DNA of 35,846 nt, taken from an uncultured virus (IMG/VR IMGVR_UViG_3300043410_000946) (taxonomy: Duplodnaviria; Heunggongvirae; Uroviricota; Caudoviricetes). The notes beneath the pieces are model-generated. The model did not search any database, was not told where the DNA came from, and saw only the letters and a list, made by a program, of their open reading frames with translations. Position numbers and translations under genes: made by a program. Numbering within the stretch: position 1 is the stretch's first letter; the number at the start of each line of letters is the position of its first letter. Location: IMG/VR virus record IMGVR_UViG_3300043410_000946; one strand, 5' to 3'. This document shows, in pieces, positions 1 through 8,814 of this stretch.

Positions 1-91
1 GAATCTTTTCAGTTAAGCCATCAGCATCAATGCTGTGTGGCTTTGGCTTGTCTTGTTTGACCATAATTTGTTGCAATAAACTTTTTGTCAT
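1..91 (-). CDS. N-terminal fragment of a gene running off the window (MTKSLLQQIMVKQDKPKPHSIDADGLTEKI...); product unknown, possibly a nuclease from context
   Basis: ATG at 91 with an open frame to position 1; preceded by an extended -10 motif at 117-125. Only 30 codons are visible. Confidence 0.6.
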   Translation of the reverse strand, partial: MTKSLLQQIMVKQDKPKPHSIDADGLTEKI

Positions 92-116
92 GTATTACTC
101 GTTTCTATTACCTATA

Positions 117-125
117 AGTATATCA
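117..125 (-). promoter_or_regulatory. extended -10 promoter element TGATATACT
   Basis: TGn-TATACT in the 92-129 intergenic gap; the same motif recurs at other gaps. Confidence 0.6.
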
Positions 126-129
126 GAAA

Positions 130-438
130 TTATCGGATTATGTATTTGAGTGCAGAGACAAGATTATTAATTGATTCTGCTGCTGTGTAGTATAAGTTCT
201 TCTTTCCACGATCAGACTTATCCACATTGGCCATCCAGGTAGCCTTGAAAGACATTTTTGCTGCTATAGCCTGAAGTCTAACAATCTCAACTGTAGCCAC
301 ATTTAGTGGGATATCTGGCTTGATAATAACCTTAGCAATAAATGTTAGGGCTGCGGTTAATTCCTCATCCTGCATATAGTCTGCAATCTCAGATAGTCCA
401 TTAACCATATCAATAGTTGTTTGTTGCTCACTCATCAT
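130..438 (-). CDS. hypothetical protein (helical, ~102 aa)
   Basis: ORF overlapping the end of the upstream gene; GGGAG SD-like element before ATGATG. Confidence 0.75.
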   Translation of the reverse strand: MMSEQQTTIDMVNGLSEIADYMQDEELTAALTFIAKVIIKPDIPLNVATVEIVRLQAIAAKMSFKATWMANVDKSDRGKKNLYYTAAESINNLVSALKYIIR

Positions 439-718
439 AGTCTCCCGTTAATTGTTCTAGTAGTTCTACTTCTATTACTGCTAAGCGTACCTTCGCATTA
501 CCCTCGCCAAGTATGAGAAATAATGCAGGATCATTCCCATTGCGTATAGCATCCGTTACTGCCTTAGCCCAAATATCTTTGTTTACTGTAATTCCCTTTG
601 GATATTCTTTGAAGTCCACAGTAAAGTTTCTCCATGTAGCATCCCCCTTGTGTGTATTGCGACCAGAGTTCTTGTGTTGTTTAGCGCCAATGCGCTTTGA
701 CTCACTCTTCTCGCTCAT
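428..718 (-). CDS. PD-(D/E)xK nuclease, Holliday junction resolvase-like
   Basis: SGR...KGDA-x6-VDFK pattern, ~96 aa, lies downstream of recA; ATG at 718 preferred over GTG at 724. Confidence 0.65.
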   Translation of the reverse strand: MSEKSESKRIGAKQHKNSGRNTHKGDATWRNFTVDFKEYPKGITVNKDIWAKAVTDAIRNGNDPALFLILGEGNAKVRLAVIEVELLEQLTGDYDE

Positions 719-875
719 AGTCACGCCTCTTCTTCTTAAGTAGCACCTTACTAAGATGTTTATCCTTACACAGCCAGGTCATCTCATATGTTTCTGGATA
801 TAGTCTTAGGCTTGGCACACTTGTCTTACATGTATGACAAATAAAGTCACCGTGGTATACAGTATATCTAGCCAT
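702..875 (-). CDS. small zinc-ribbon-like protein, 57 aa (not in the supplied ORF track)
   Basis: Hand translation: MARYTVYHGDFICHTCKTSVPSLRLYPETYEMTWLCKDKHLSKVLLKKKRRDYEREE. CxxC...CxxxH motif; fills the gap between recA and the resolvase and overlaps both. Confidence 0.75.
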   Translation of the reverse strand: MARYTVYHGDFICHTCKTSVPSLRLYPETYEMTWLCKDKHLSKVLLKKKRRDYEREE

Positions 876-1881
876 TTAGTTTGCTCTTAAGAGAATCTTG
901 AAGATCTAGATCTTCTTTTACACGATTAACGAATGCTTCTCTTCCCTGAATCTTTGTGCCGTCTTCTAATTGATACCATGCACCTGTACGATTTACAAGG
1001 CCTGCTAACTCAGCGGTGTCCACCAAATCGCCAATACTATCAATGCCGAGATCATCGCCACGAAAATAAAAGTCATACTCTCCAGATTGGAAGCCAGGAG
1101 ATGTCTTAGAGAACTGAAGTTCCCAACGAACCTTTCTGCCAATCTTTTCTTCAATGAGTTTATCCCCAACATGAATCTTACCTTTCAGTGCTTGGTTATC
1201 TGATTCTGACGAAAATAGTTTAATAACCGTAGAGGAATAAAACTTAGTAGCCTGACCACCAGTAGGCTGCTGGCTAGTATACATAGCACTAATATTGTTG
1301 CGAGACTGACTAATAAGGACAAGAAGAGTAGGCTTAACTTTATTATTAGCATAGTTAAGCATCTTCCAAGCGTTGCTAAAGTCTCTTGACTCCGCACCGA
1401 TTTGCTTTGTGTTCTCAAGTTGCTTAAGTTCATCAGAATCCTTTTCAAAATAGATTGCAGGAAGCAATGATGTAATTGAGTCAACAACGATCATATCTAC
1501 TCCTGCCTCCATTAATTGTACACCCACATCTACCATTTCATTAATAGTACGAGCCTGAGAAACAATTAACTTTGATGTATCTACCCCAAGATTTTCTGCC
1601 CACTTCTTATCGTATGACATTTCAGCATCGATCCATGCACAGATCTTTCCTTCCTTCTGTGCTAGACCAATCATCTGTAGACACAGGGAGGACTTTGCGG
1701 ATGACTTTGAACCCCAAATAAGTATTTGTCTACCATACGGAAGCCCACCATTAAGAGCACGGTTTAGCCCAAAACTAGGTGTCTCTGCATACTCTGTCTC
1801 TGCAACAGAATCACCAACCATTACGCTCTTACGCAACTTAGGATTAAGTTGTGCTAGAACATCTTCAACTGTTACTGTCAT
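868..1881 (-). CDS. recA: RecA/UvsX-like recombinase
   Basis: GGLPYGR, P-loop GSKSSAKS, WIDAE, Walker B IVVDSI, TGGQATKFYSS, GAWY; GGAGG SD. Confidence 0.93.
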   Translation of the reverse strand: MTVTVEDVLAQLNPKLRKSVMVGDSVAETEYAETPSFGLNRALNGGLPYGRQILIWGSKSSAKSSLCLQMIGLAQKEGKICAWIDAEMSYDKKWAENLGVDTSKLIVSQARTINEMVDVGVQLMEAGVDMIVVDSITSLLPAIYFEKDSDELKQLENTKQIGAESRDFSNAWKMLNYANNKVKPTLLVLISQSRNNISAMYTSQQPTGGQATKFYSSTVIKLFSSESDNQALKGKIHVGDKLIEEKIGRKVRWELQFSKTSPGFQSGEYDFYFRGDDLGIDSIGDLVDTAELAGLVNRTGAWYQLEDGTKIQGREAFVNRVKEDLDLQDSLKSKLNG

Positions 1882-2111
1882 TGGTTGTCCTCCAGCAATA
1901 GACTCTTTAGGTTGTCTAATTTAAACCCAGACCATATTTCATGTGGAGTCTCAACAATTGGTGCAGACTTAAATCCCATATCAATAAACTCTCTGGTTCT
2001 TTCTGGGTTATCAGCAAGACTTAGTGTCAGGTATGGGATGTTATTATCATCTAAGAACTTCTTTGTTCTATCACACTGTACACAGTTTTCATTTGTATAT
2101 ACTCTAATCAT
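1878..2111 (-). CDS. nrdH: NrdH-like glutaredoxin
   Basis: CVQC active site, GFKSAPIV, WSGF motif, 77 aa. Confidence 0.88.
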   Translation of the reverse strand: MIRVYTNENCVQCDRTKKFLDDNNIPYLTLSLADNPERTREFIDMGFKSAPIVETPHEIWSGFKLDNLKSLLLEDNQ

Positions 2112-2434
2112 TAGAATCGTACCCCGTGCTTTTCTGGTCGTGTTGAATTAAAGTCAACTTTTTCTCTAAGCATGTGGTCTAAAGATAGTTTAGTATATCC
2201 TGCCTCAACCATTCCAGCATAAAGGTCTAGAGTACGAATAAAGATATCCGCAAACTCCTTTGTAATTTCTTCTTCACCCTTATCTTTGCGAACGGCTTCC
2301 ATTGTTTCAACAACTTCTGATACGATCATCATCATTTGTTTTGCAATAAATATATCATCAATCTCTTCTGGCTCAGGCCAGAATCCTTTTTCTACTGCCA
2401 TCTTGTGTAGTTCTACTGCCATGTCATCAAGCAT
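2111..2434 (-). CDS. MazG-like nucleotide pyrophosphohydrolase
   Basis: KGFW, SEVVETMEA and EFAD acidic helices, terminal RPEKHG. Confidence 0.85.
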   Translation of the reverse strand: MLDDMAVELHKMAVEKGFWPEPEEIDDIFIAKQMMMIVSEVVETMEAVRKDKGEEEITKEFADIFIRTLDLYAGMVEAGYTKLSLDHMLREKVDFNSTRPEKHGVRF

Positions 2435-5400
2435 TTATATCCTCCAATATAACTGTTCCGTCTTTTGTCTTTCCAAATGTAAACTTATATACATTGCCTT
2501 CTTCTAATTTCATGTACGCCTTAGCAAATGCTGTAGGGAATACTGTGACTGAATGCAAGTCTCTAGAAGCATCTGCCAATGTTAGTGAAGCCATTTTCTT
2601 ACCTGCTTTTGTTACTCTAGGTTTAAATGATACCACAAACATATCGTCATCTTTATATGGCAACATCTTGTAATTTAAAAACTTTACAAGAGCACTGTCT
2701 GAGCCTTTGATCTGATCAACAGGGACTGCAGAAACAATTCTATTATCATTAGCAAGAATAATGTATGATGTTCCTGCTTCAATAGTTGTATTCTCTTCAT
2801 CAAAGATTCCAACACTACCAGTTTTATCAAGTAGTTCTACTCTTGACCAACCCTTTGCTCTCTTAATACCCTTGACCATTCCCATAAGAATGAATGATCC
2901 CTTTTCCTCATAGTCTTCTGCTGAAGTTATGAAGGCGTGGTAATGAGATGGAACAGATATGTTAAACTCTGGTAGGTTTAGATATTCATATAAGTGCTCT
3001 TTAATTTCTGAATCATTGCGTGGATTATCAGTGAATGTTGCTGCACCAATAACTCTTAAGGCTTGAAGCGCTCTACTATTGACGCCATTTCCTTTTGTAA
3101 AAGTGAATTCCTCAAGTTCCTTGTAGGATGAGAACGGACGTGATGCGATATATCTCTCTGCAATTTTATCCGATATGAATTTAATGGCCGTAAGTCCGAA
3201 CCTAATTCCTTTACCTTCGATTTTAAAATCTGTATCCGAATCATTAATGTGAGGAAGTTTAATCGAGATTCCCATCCTCTTTGCTTCAATGAGATATTCT
3301 GTTCTGGCATCTTTATCCTTTTCATTTTTTAGTAGTGAGTACATAAACTCTAGCGGGTAGTGGTACTTTAACCATGCTGTCCAGTATGAGAGTGTTGAGT
3401 ATGCAACGGCGTGGGATTTATTGAAGGAGTATCCTGCGTGTGCTTCGAAATCGTGCCATAAGTCCATAGCAGTGTTAGGACTAAGATACTTACTGGCACC
3501 ACTAACGAACTTATCTTTGAAAACATCGAACTCTCTTGCATCCTTCTTCTTTCCAATAATCTTACGAACTTTATCTGCTTCTGACATTGACATTCCACCA
3601 AGGGCAACGCAAGCCTGCATAACCTGTTCCTGATAAAGAATACAACCATATGTTTCTTCTGTAAATTCTTTTAGCACTTGGTGCTTATAGTCAGGATTCT
3701 GTCTTCCATGCTTGATTGCAATATAGTCTTTACCAATTGTATTCATAGCACCTGGACGAACAAGAGCATTAGACGCAGCAAGTTCTGATAGATTCTTTAC
3801 ACCCATCTTAACTAGAAGATTTGTGTATGGTGTTGCTTCACATTGGAATACACCCTTTGTATATCCATCAGAAAGCATTTGATATACATTTGCATCATCC
3901 ATATTAATCTTCAGAAGATCAATCTTCTTACCATCTCGCTCTTCAATAATGTCAAGCGTATCCTTAAGAACAGAAAGTGTCTTAAGTCCCAATGCGTCAA
4001 TCTTAATTAGGCCAATCCGTTCTGCCTCTTCCATATCCACAGCAACAACAGGAATACGCTCATCGCTACCAGTAGAAGATCGTGTTTCCATTGGTGCGAA
4101 TCGGAAGATTGGATCTTTACTAGTGACAACACCAGCAGCGTGAATACCAGTGCCTCTAATACGACCACGAAGTTGTTCGCCATAAATTTCTACCTCTGGA
4201 TATTTCTCACGGAACTCTCTTGTTGAACTTGATGAACAAAAGTCTTCCCATGTATCTACTAACTTTAAAACCTTGTTTACATCTGGCAAAGGAATATTTA
4301 ATACTCGTGCAACATCTCGTACAACACCCTTATCTTTAAATGAAAGGAATGTAGCAATAGACGCAACATGTCGATATTGTCTAACAAGATAATCCTTTAC
4401 TTCTTCACGACGAGAATCTTGGATATCTGTATCGATATCAGGGAAGTCATTACGCTCTGGATTAATAAAGCGGAAGAATAATAGTCCGTGCTTAATAGGA
4501 TCAATATCAGTGATACCAAGTGAGTAACATAGCAATGAACCTGCTGCAGAACCACGACCAGGACCAACCATGATTCCTTCCTTCTTAGCCCACGAAATCA
4601 TATTTCGCACAACAAGGAAGTATGGTCCAAACTTCTTATCCTTGATTACTGCAAGTTCTTCATCTAGGCGGTCAAGGTACTCTTGTGTATCTACTCCACG
4701 CTCCTTCAGTCCAGCAAGTGCTAGTTCCTTTAATTCTTTATCTGGATGCTTGTATTGTACTGGTAGAAGGTCTAGGCCTTCTTGAATACCATAGTCTTCA
4801 ACCTTATCCACAATCTTAAGTGTATTGGCGTACATGTCTTCTCTATCAATACCCTGAGATTCCATGGCTGACTTCATCTCTTCATATGACAGAAGGTGAA
4901 TATCAAACTCATTAAATGTAATCTGACGATCATGACCATAAAGATAGTCAAGTCGCTCCATCATGTCAGTGTACTTCTTTGATTTTTCAAATGTATGTTC
5001 TTTGTCAATCTTGACATGTGTATTAAGAAGCAGTTTAAATTCCTGAACTTCTTTTTGGCTCTTGTCAGAGTGGTGGCAGTCTGGAGTAACTACAAGGTTA
5101 ACGCCAAACTCATCAGCCAAATTAATTAATTGCTTATTGATTTCTGCCTCATTATGTGGCATAACCTCAATGTAGTAGTCATCATTGAATACACGCTTAA
5201 ACCATTCAATGTGATTTTTAGCAACTGCAAATTCATTATTCTCAAGTGCTTTAACAAGTACGCTACTTGGGCATGCAGAGGTAACAATAATACCTTCTGA
5301 ATATTTTTCTAGAATTTCAAAGTCAAATCGTGGCTTCTTGAAGTATCCTTCTGTCCACGCAATTTCATTAATCTTGTTTAGATTTTCTAAACCAATCTTG

Positions 5401-5696
5401 TTCTTGGCTAGAAGGACTATATGGTTATAGACTAGATCAAGATCTCCGTCTCTCTCAGACTTATCTCTTGTGTCAAATCTATCAGAACACATATAGCCTT
5501 CTACACCAAGTATAGGCTTAATACCCTTCGCTTTTGCAATACGGTGCAGTTCCCTATGCCCAGATAAAGTACCGTGGTCAGTGATGGCAATTGCTGGCAT
5601 CCCTAACTCAACTGCACGGTTCACGTATTCTTCTGGAGTAGCGATTCCGTCAAAGAGGGAGTAGTGGGTATGGACGTGTAAGCCTACGTAACTCAT
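2427..5696 (-). CDS. dnaE: DNA polymerase III alpha subunit (family C, DnaE-like)
   Basis: PHP motifs HVHTHYS..DG, TDHG and DCHH; GRGSAAGS; catalytic PDIDTD; HAAGVV; KIDALGL; YSFNKSHA. Confidence 0.97.
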   Translation of the reverse strand: MSYVGLHVHTHYSLFDGIATPEEYVNRAVELGMPAIAITDHGTLSGHRELHRIAKAKGIKPILGVEGYMCSDRFDTRDKSERDGDLDLVYNHIVLLAKNKIGLENLNKINEIAWTEGYFKKPRFDFEILEKYSEGIIVTSACPSSVLVKALENNEFAVAKNHIEWFKRVFNDDYYIEVMPHNEAEINKQLINLADEFGVNLVVTPDCHHSDKSQKEVQEFKLLLNTHVKIDKEHTFEKSKKYTDMMERLDYLYGHDRQITFNEFDIHLLSYEEMKSAMESQGIDREDMYANTLKIVDKVEDYGIQEGLDLLPVQYKHPDKELKELALAGLKERGVDTQEYLDRLDEELAVIKDKKFGPYFLVVRNMISWAKKEGIMVGPGRGSAAGSLLCYSLGITDIDPIKHGLLFFRFINPERNDFPDIDTDIQDSRREEVKDYLVRQYRHVASIATFLSFKDKGVVRDVARVLNIPLPDVNKVLKLVDTWEDFCSSSSTREFREKYPEVEIYGEQLRGRIRGTGIHAAGVVTSKDPIFRFAPMETRSSTGSDERIPVVAVDMEEAERIGLIKIDALGLKTLSVLKDTLDIIEERDGKKIDLLKINMDDANVYQMLSDGYTKGVFQCEATPYTNLLVKMGVKNLSELAASNALVRPGAMNTIGKDYIAIKHGRQNPDYKHQVLKEFTEETYGCILYQEQVMQACVALGGMSMSEADKVRKIIGKKKDAREFDVFKDKFVSGASKYLSPNTAMDLWHDFEAHAGYSFNKSHAVAYSTLSYWTAWLKYHYPLEFMYSLLKNEKDKDARTEYLIEAKRMGISIKLPHINDSDTDFKIEGKGIRFGLTAIKFISDKIAERYIASRPFSSYKELEEFTFTKGNGVNSRALQALRVIGAATFTDNPRNDSEIKEHLYEYLNLPEFNISVPSHYHAFITSAEDYEEKGSFILMGMVKGIKRAKGWSRVELLDKTGSVGIFDEENTTIEAGTSYIILANDNRIVSAVPVDQIKGSDSALVKFLNYKMLPYKDDDMFVVSFKPRVTKAGKKMASLTLADASRDLHSVTVFPTAFAKAYMKLEEGNVYKFTFGKTKDGTVILEDINA

Positions 5697-5699
5697 CTA

Positions 5700-6353
5700 T
5701 TACCAGTCGATGTTTGTGCTAGTAACAGATGGAGTATCAAACCCAAAGTAGAATGCTTCCTGCTCTGGATAAGGAACTTCACGAACAACCTTTTCTAGGT
5801 TGAAGAACTCGTAGCCGTCCCATGGGAATGGCTCTGTGTCTGGCTTTGATGGAAGAAGTGTGTAGTTGGTTTCAGTTCCCTGTCCATTACGCTTTAACTT
5901 CCATTCAAGGTTTGAGATGCTACCTGTATCAAGTGCATACTCACGAATGTTATTGAATGCTGACTGCTTTGAGATACCCTGTGACCATACGGCAATATAG
6001 GCATCTTCTGTTCCGTCATTAATCAATACATTGCAGTAGAAACGAAGTCGTGCTCTCCAGCCTGACTTTGGCTCCTTACGAGCCATTTCGCAACCAAAGC
6101 AGCGACCTTCTGATTCTTGTGTACAAGCAGCCTTACGCTTATAGTCTTTTGGATTTGTATGTTCTGCAACTACAACAGATAGACCACGATCTTCTGAGTA
6201 GTTTGCTGAATCCTGGTCCAACTCTTCAACGAATCGAACCTTTGCTGATTGTCCGTCGGCTAACTTTACCCAACGAACCTTTTGACCTGTGCTTTCGAAC
6301 TTTGGCTTATCGAGCAGGGCGTTGATGTCTTTTAATCCCTTAATTACGCTCAT
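5700..6353 (-). CDS. single-stranded DNA-binding protein (gp32-like)
   Basis: Lies between primase and polymerase; Cys cluster, KLKRNGQGTETNY motif, acidic/aromatic C-terminus (NIDW); AAGGAG SD. Confidence 0.75.
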   Translation of the reverse strand: MSVIKGLKDINALLDKPKFESTGQKVRWVKLADGQSAKVRFVEELDQDSANYSEDRGLSVVVAEHTNPKDYKRKAACTQESEGRCFGCEMARKEPKSGWRARLRFYCNVLINDGTEDAYIAVWSQGISKQSAFNNIREYALDTGSISNLEWKLKRNGQGTETNYTLLPSKPDTEPFPWDGYEFFNLEKVVREVPYPEQEAFYFGFDTPSVTSTNIDW

Positions 6354-6379
6354 CTTTTTCTCCTTCTGTGTTGTTTGTA

Positions 6380-7324
6380 TTAGTTTAGCATAGACATGAT
6401 TGATTTGTCAAACTGGAAATCAAGTTTCTTTATTTCTTCGTCTGGCATATCTCCAATGTCCTTATATTGTTTATCTAGTTTGATTACGCTAACACGAGAG
6501 CCAAGTTTTTCAATTATCTTATCTTTCATGTTACCGCCTGCTTCATCGTTATCTGCAATAACAATAATGTTATTAAAGTACTTTTGAAGCAATTCTATTT
6601 GTATGTTGGAGACATTTGCTCCAAGTGTTGCTACTGCTGGAAAACCAACTTGATCTAATCTAATAGCATCAAACGATGATTCAACTATATATATTCTATC
6701 AGCAGTCTTAACTCTATGCAAGTTAAAAAGTGTTTTTGCTTTTGGTAGACCTGGAGTATTTTTGAACTCCTTGCCCTCAATAGAACGACCAACAAAACCA
6801 ACTGGCATACCGTCAGGACTATGCACTGGAACAGTAACCATGTCTTGCTTCTCAGAATATCCAAGAGAGAACTTGGCACATGAGGATGAACTAATCTTTC
6901 TATATATAAAATAGTCTTTTGCTCTATCTGAGGACAATAGATTATTGTTTAGTCTCTTAATGATAAGTTCATCGAATGGAACAAACTCAGGCTTTGCATA
7001 TAGTTGCTTGTTGATTTCTTGCTCTAGGTCTACCTGAGTTTCTTTATTTTTAATAAACCTAATTGACTCAAAGTATGTTCTTCCAGTTGTATGCATAACT
7101 AGTTCAATTAGGTCTGCAATCTTCTGACATGAAAAGCAAAAGAATGTTCCGTTAAACTTATCGACTTCTCCTGCAGGGGTTCTGTTGTTATTGTGGAATG
7201 GGCAAAAGATAATGTAATCTGAGTCTACTTCTGATTCAACGGTAATTCCTGATCCCGTGATGACTCTTTTGATCTGTTCTTTTGTGTATAGATTGCTTTT
7301 GTTCCGTCTATTCCTGATATCCAT
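6380..7324 (-). CDS. DNA primase (CHC2 zinc finger + TOPRIM)
   Basis: CPFH...CFSC zinc finger, VGFVGR, VESSFDA, DNDEAG, KDIGD. Confidence 0.93.
   Translation of the reverse strand: MDIRNRRNKSNLYTKEQIKRVITGSGITVESEVDSDYIIFCPFHNNNRTPAGEVDKFNGTFFCFSCQKIADLIELVMHTTGRTYFESIRFIKNKETQVDLEQEINKQLYAKPEFVPFDELIIKRLNNNLLSSDRAKDYFIYRKISSSSCAKFSLGYSEKQDMVTVPVHSPDGMPVGFVGRSIEGKEFKNTPGLPKAKTLFNLHRVKTADRIYIVESSFDAIRLDQVGFPAVATLGANVSNIQIELLQKYFNNIIVIADNDEAGGNMKDKIIEKLGSRVSVIKLDKQYKDIGDMPDEEIKKLDFQFDKSIMSMLN
6382..6390 (-). promoter_or_regulatory. extended -10 element TGCTAAACT upstream of ssb
   Basis: TGn-TAnnnT in the last primase codons, followed by an A/C-rich leader and AAGGAG. Confidence 0.5.
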
Positions 7325-7569
7325 TCGCTATTCCTCTTCCCTACATGTATCCCGTGTACTGTTAATGCAAAATTAAATGTTTGTTTTGTTTCATTATAGT
7401 CTATTGTAAAGTCTGGCTCAATATCCAATCGTGGAACATATCCGCTAAGGCGCATCTCTGTGACCAGAAGCCTGATATATTCATTTTTGAGCCTACCAAT
7501 TGCAGATTCATCATGGATTGATCCATCTAGATAAAACTTCTTGATAGGCTTGTGATGGTAATTTGCCAT
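7225..7569 (-). CDS. hypothetical protein (114 aa)
   Basis: Fills the helicase-primase gap; TATAAT 5 nt before the ATG; 3' end overlaps the primase gene. Confidence 0.7.
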   Translation of the reverse strand: MANYHHKPIKKFYLDGSIHDESAIGRLKNEYIRLLVTEMRLSGYVPRLDIEPDFTIDYNETKQTFNFALTVHGIHVGKRNSEWISGIDGTKAIYTQKNRSKESSRDQELPLNQK

Positions 7570-7574
7570 ACCAT

Positions 7575-7580
7575 ATTATA
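7575..7580 (-). promoter_or_regulatory. -10 element TATAAT, probable leaderless start
   Basis: TATAAT-ATGGT-ATG in a 21-nt gap; no SD. Confidence 0.5.
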
Positions 7581-7590
7581 ACTGCCAATG

Positions 7591-8814
7591 TTAATTTTTA
7601 TCCTCAAAGTCCTTGTATCGATAATATCCCCTGTCAAAATCGACCTGTACCAAGAAATCTCCCATAAATCCGTTACGGTTCTTTCTAAAGGCACATTCAA
7701 TGATATCACTATTTGCCCCACGACCAAGTGCAATAACCCAGTCAGCATCGTAGGCAATCTGCTTAGACCATGCTGTTTGGCCCAGTGTAGGGACCGCTGA
7801 GAGGTCATTAGAGTCATCTGGTGTAGCAGATGAGATAGCAATAATAGGCACCTCTTCGCCAATAGCCATAAGTTTTAGTTCTCGTGAAAGGTTCTTCATT
7901 CGTACTGTTTCGTTGTCTGACTTTTGGTTTGGTGACATCAACTGTAGGTAGTCTACAATTACGAAGTCTGGCTTATACTGATCAATCTTTCCACGAAGAA
8001 CAGAAGGGTTGATCTCTCCACCTGAATCATTAGAGATGATATGAAACTCTGGCTTACCTTGTAGGTGCTTCTGATGCCACATCTTGAGTGTATCTAATTC
8101 AACATCTCCAGCAGATAACTTTCTGTGTGACCATAGACCCTCACCCATAATTGTAAAGACACGATTGCGGACTTCTGTTTCGCTCATTTCAAGTGAGATT
8201 ACTAGTGGCGACTTTCCCTGCTTCCATGCTTGCACAGCAAAGTATAGTGCCATCCAAGACTTACCAATTCCTGGATAAGCAAGGAACACTCCAAGTTGTC
8301 CTGGCATAATTCCTGCTGGGAGATAGTTATCAAATCCTGGAAGGTTTGTCTTAATGCCTAGATGTCCTGCTGCTTGCTGTTCTTTTAGTTGCTCATAATA
8401 TGCAATTGCAGACTCAATATCCGTTACATCAATATCACGAATAGCAGATGTATTCTTTTTTAGTTCAGAAGTCTTGGTTATAAGTTCTTCTAGAGCATGA
8501 CCGCCATTACCAGTCTGAACTTCTGATGCAGCAGATCTTAGAATATCTTTTAGGCTGTCTGTTAGATACTCTGTTTGTAATTCTTCTAAATGGTGCTTTG
8601 TCGCACCCACGCCTTCGATTGGCTGGAAGTCACGAAACTTATCAACAACTAGGTCTACTGGTGGAACAGAACTATTGTTCTCAAAGTAATTGCGAATAAA
8701 GTTCCAAACATCGTTATGGGTTCTTAGAAGGTTATCAACATTTGCCTGAAGAAGAACATGTACCTGCTTATCATTGAGGACTGCGGAGATTACCTTTGCT
8801 TCTGTATTATTCAC
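7591..8814 (-). CDS. dnaB: DnaB-like replicative helicase
   Basis: Walker A AYPGIGKS, SLEMS, IVDYLQLM, SRELKLMA, YDAD, KNRNG; GTG start after AAGGAG. Confidence 0.93.
   Translation of the reverse strand: MNNTEAKVISAVLNDKQVHVLLQANVDNLLRTHNDVWNFIRNYFENNSSVPPVDLVVDKFRDFQPIEGVGATKHHLEELQTEYLTDSLKDILRSAASEVQTGNGGHALEELITKTSELKKNTSAIRDIDVTDIESAIAYYEQLKEQQAAGHLGIKTNLPGFDNYLPAGIMPGQLGVFLAYPGIGKSWMALYFAVQAWKQGKSPLVISLEMSETEVRNRVFTIMGEGLWSHRKLSAGDVELDTLKMWHQKHLQGKPEFHIISNDSGGEINPSVLRGKIDQYKPDFVIVDYLQLMSPNQKSDNETVRMKNLSRELKLMAIGEEVPIIAISSATPDDSNDLSAVPTLGQTAWSKQIAYDADWVIALGRGANSDIIECAFRKNRNGFMGDFLVQVDFDRGYYRYKDFEDKN

Noticed and set aside
218..226. Perfect DnaA box TTATCCACA (also at 4804-4812)
   Set aside because: Isolated, inside coding sequence, and explained by Val-Asp-Lys codons on the minus strand.
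7527..7862. 111-aa alternative-frame minus-strand ORF over the dnaB 3' end (similarly 1185-1487, 3056-3325, 3368-3649 and 32234-32587)
   Set aside because: Overlaps conserved genes out of frame, with no recognisable motifs or initiation signals.
868..8814. Inteins or introns in recA, dnaE, primase or dnaB
   Set aside because: Protein lengths are normal, motifs are contiguous, and no intein splice or LAGLIDADG signatures were seen.
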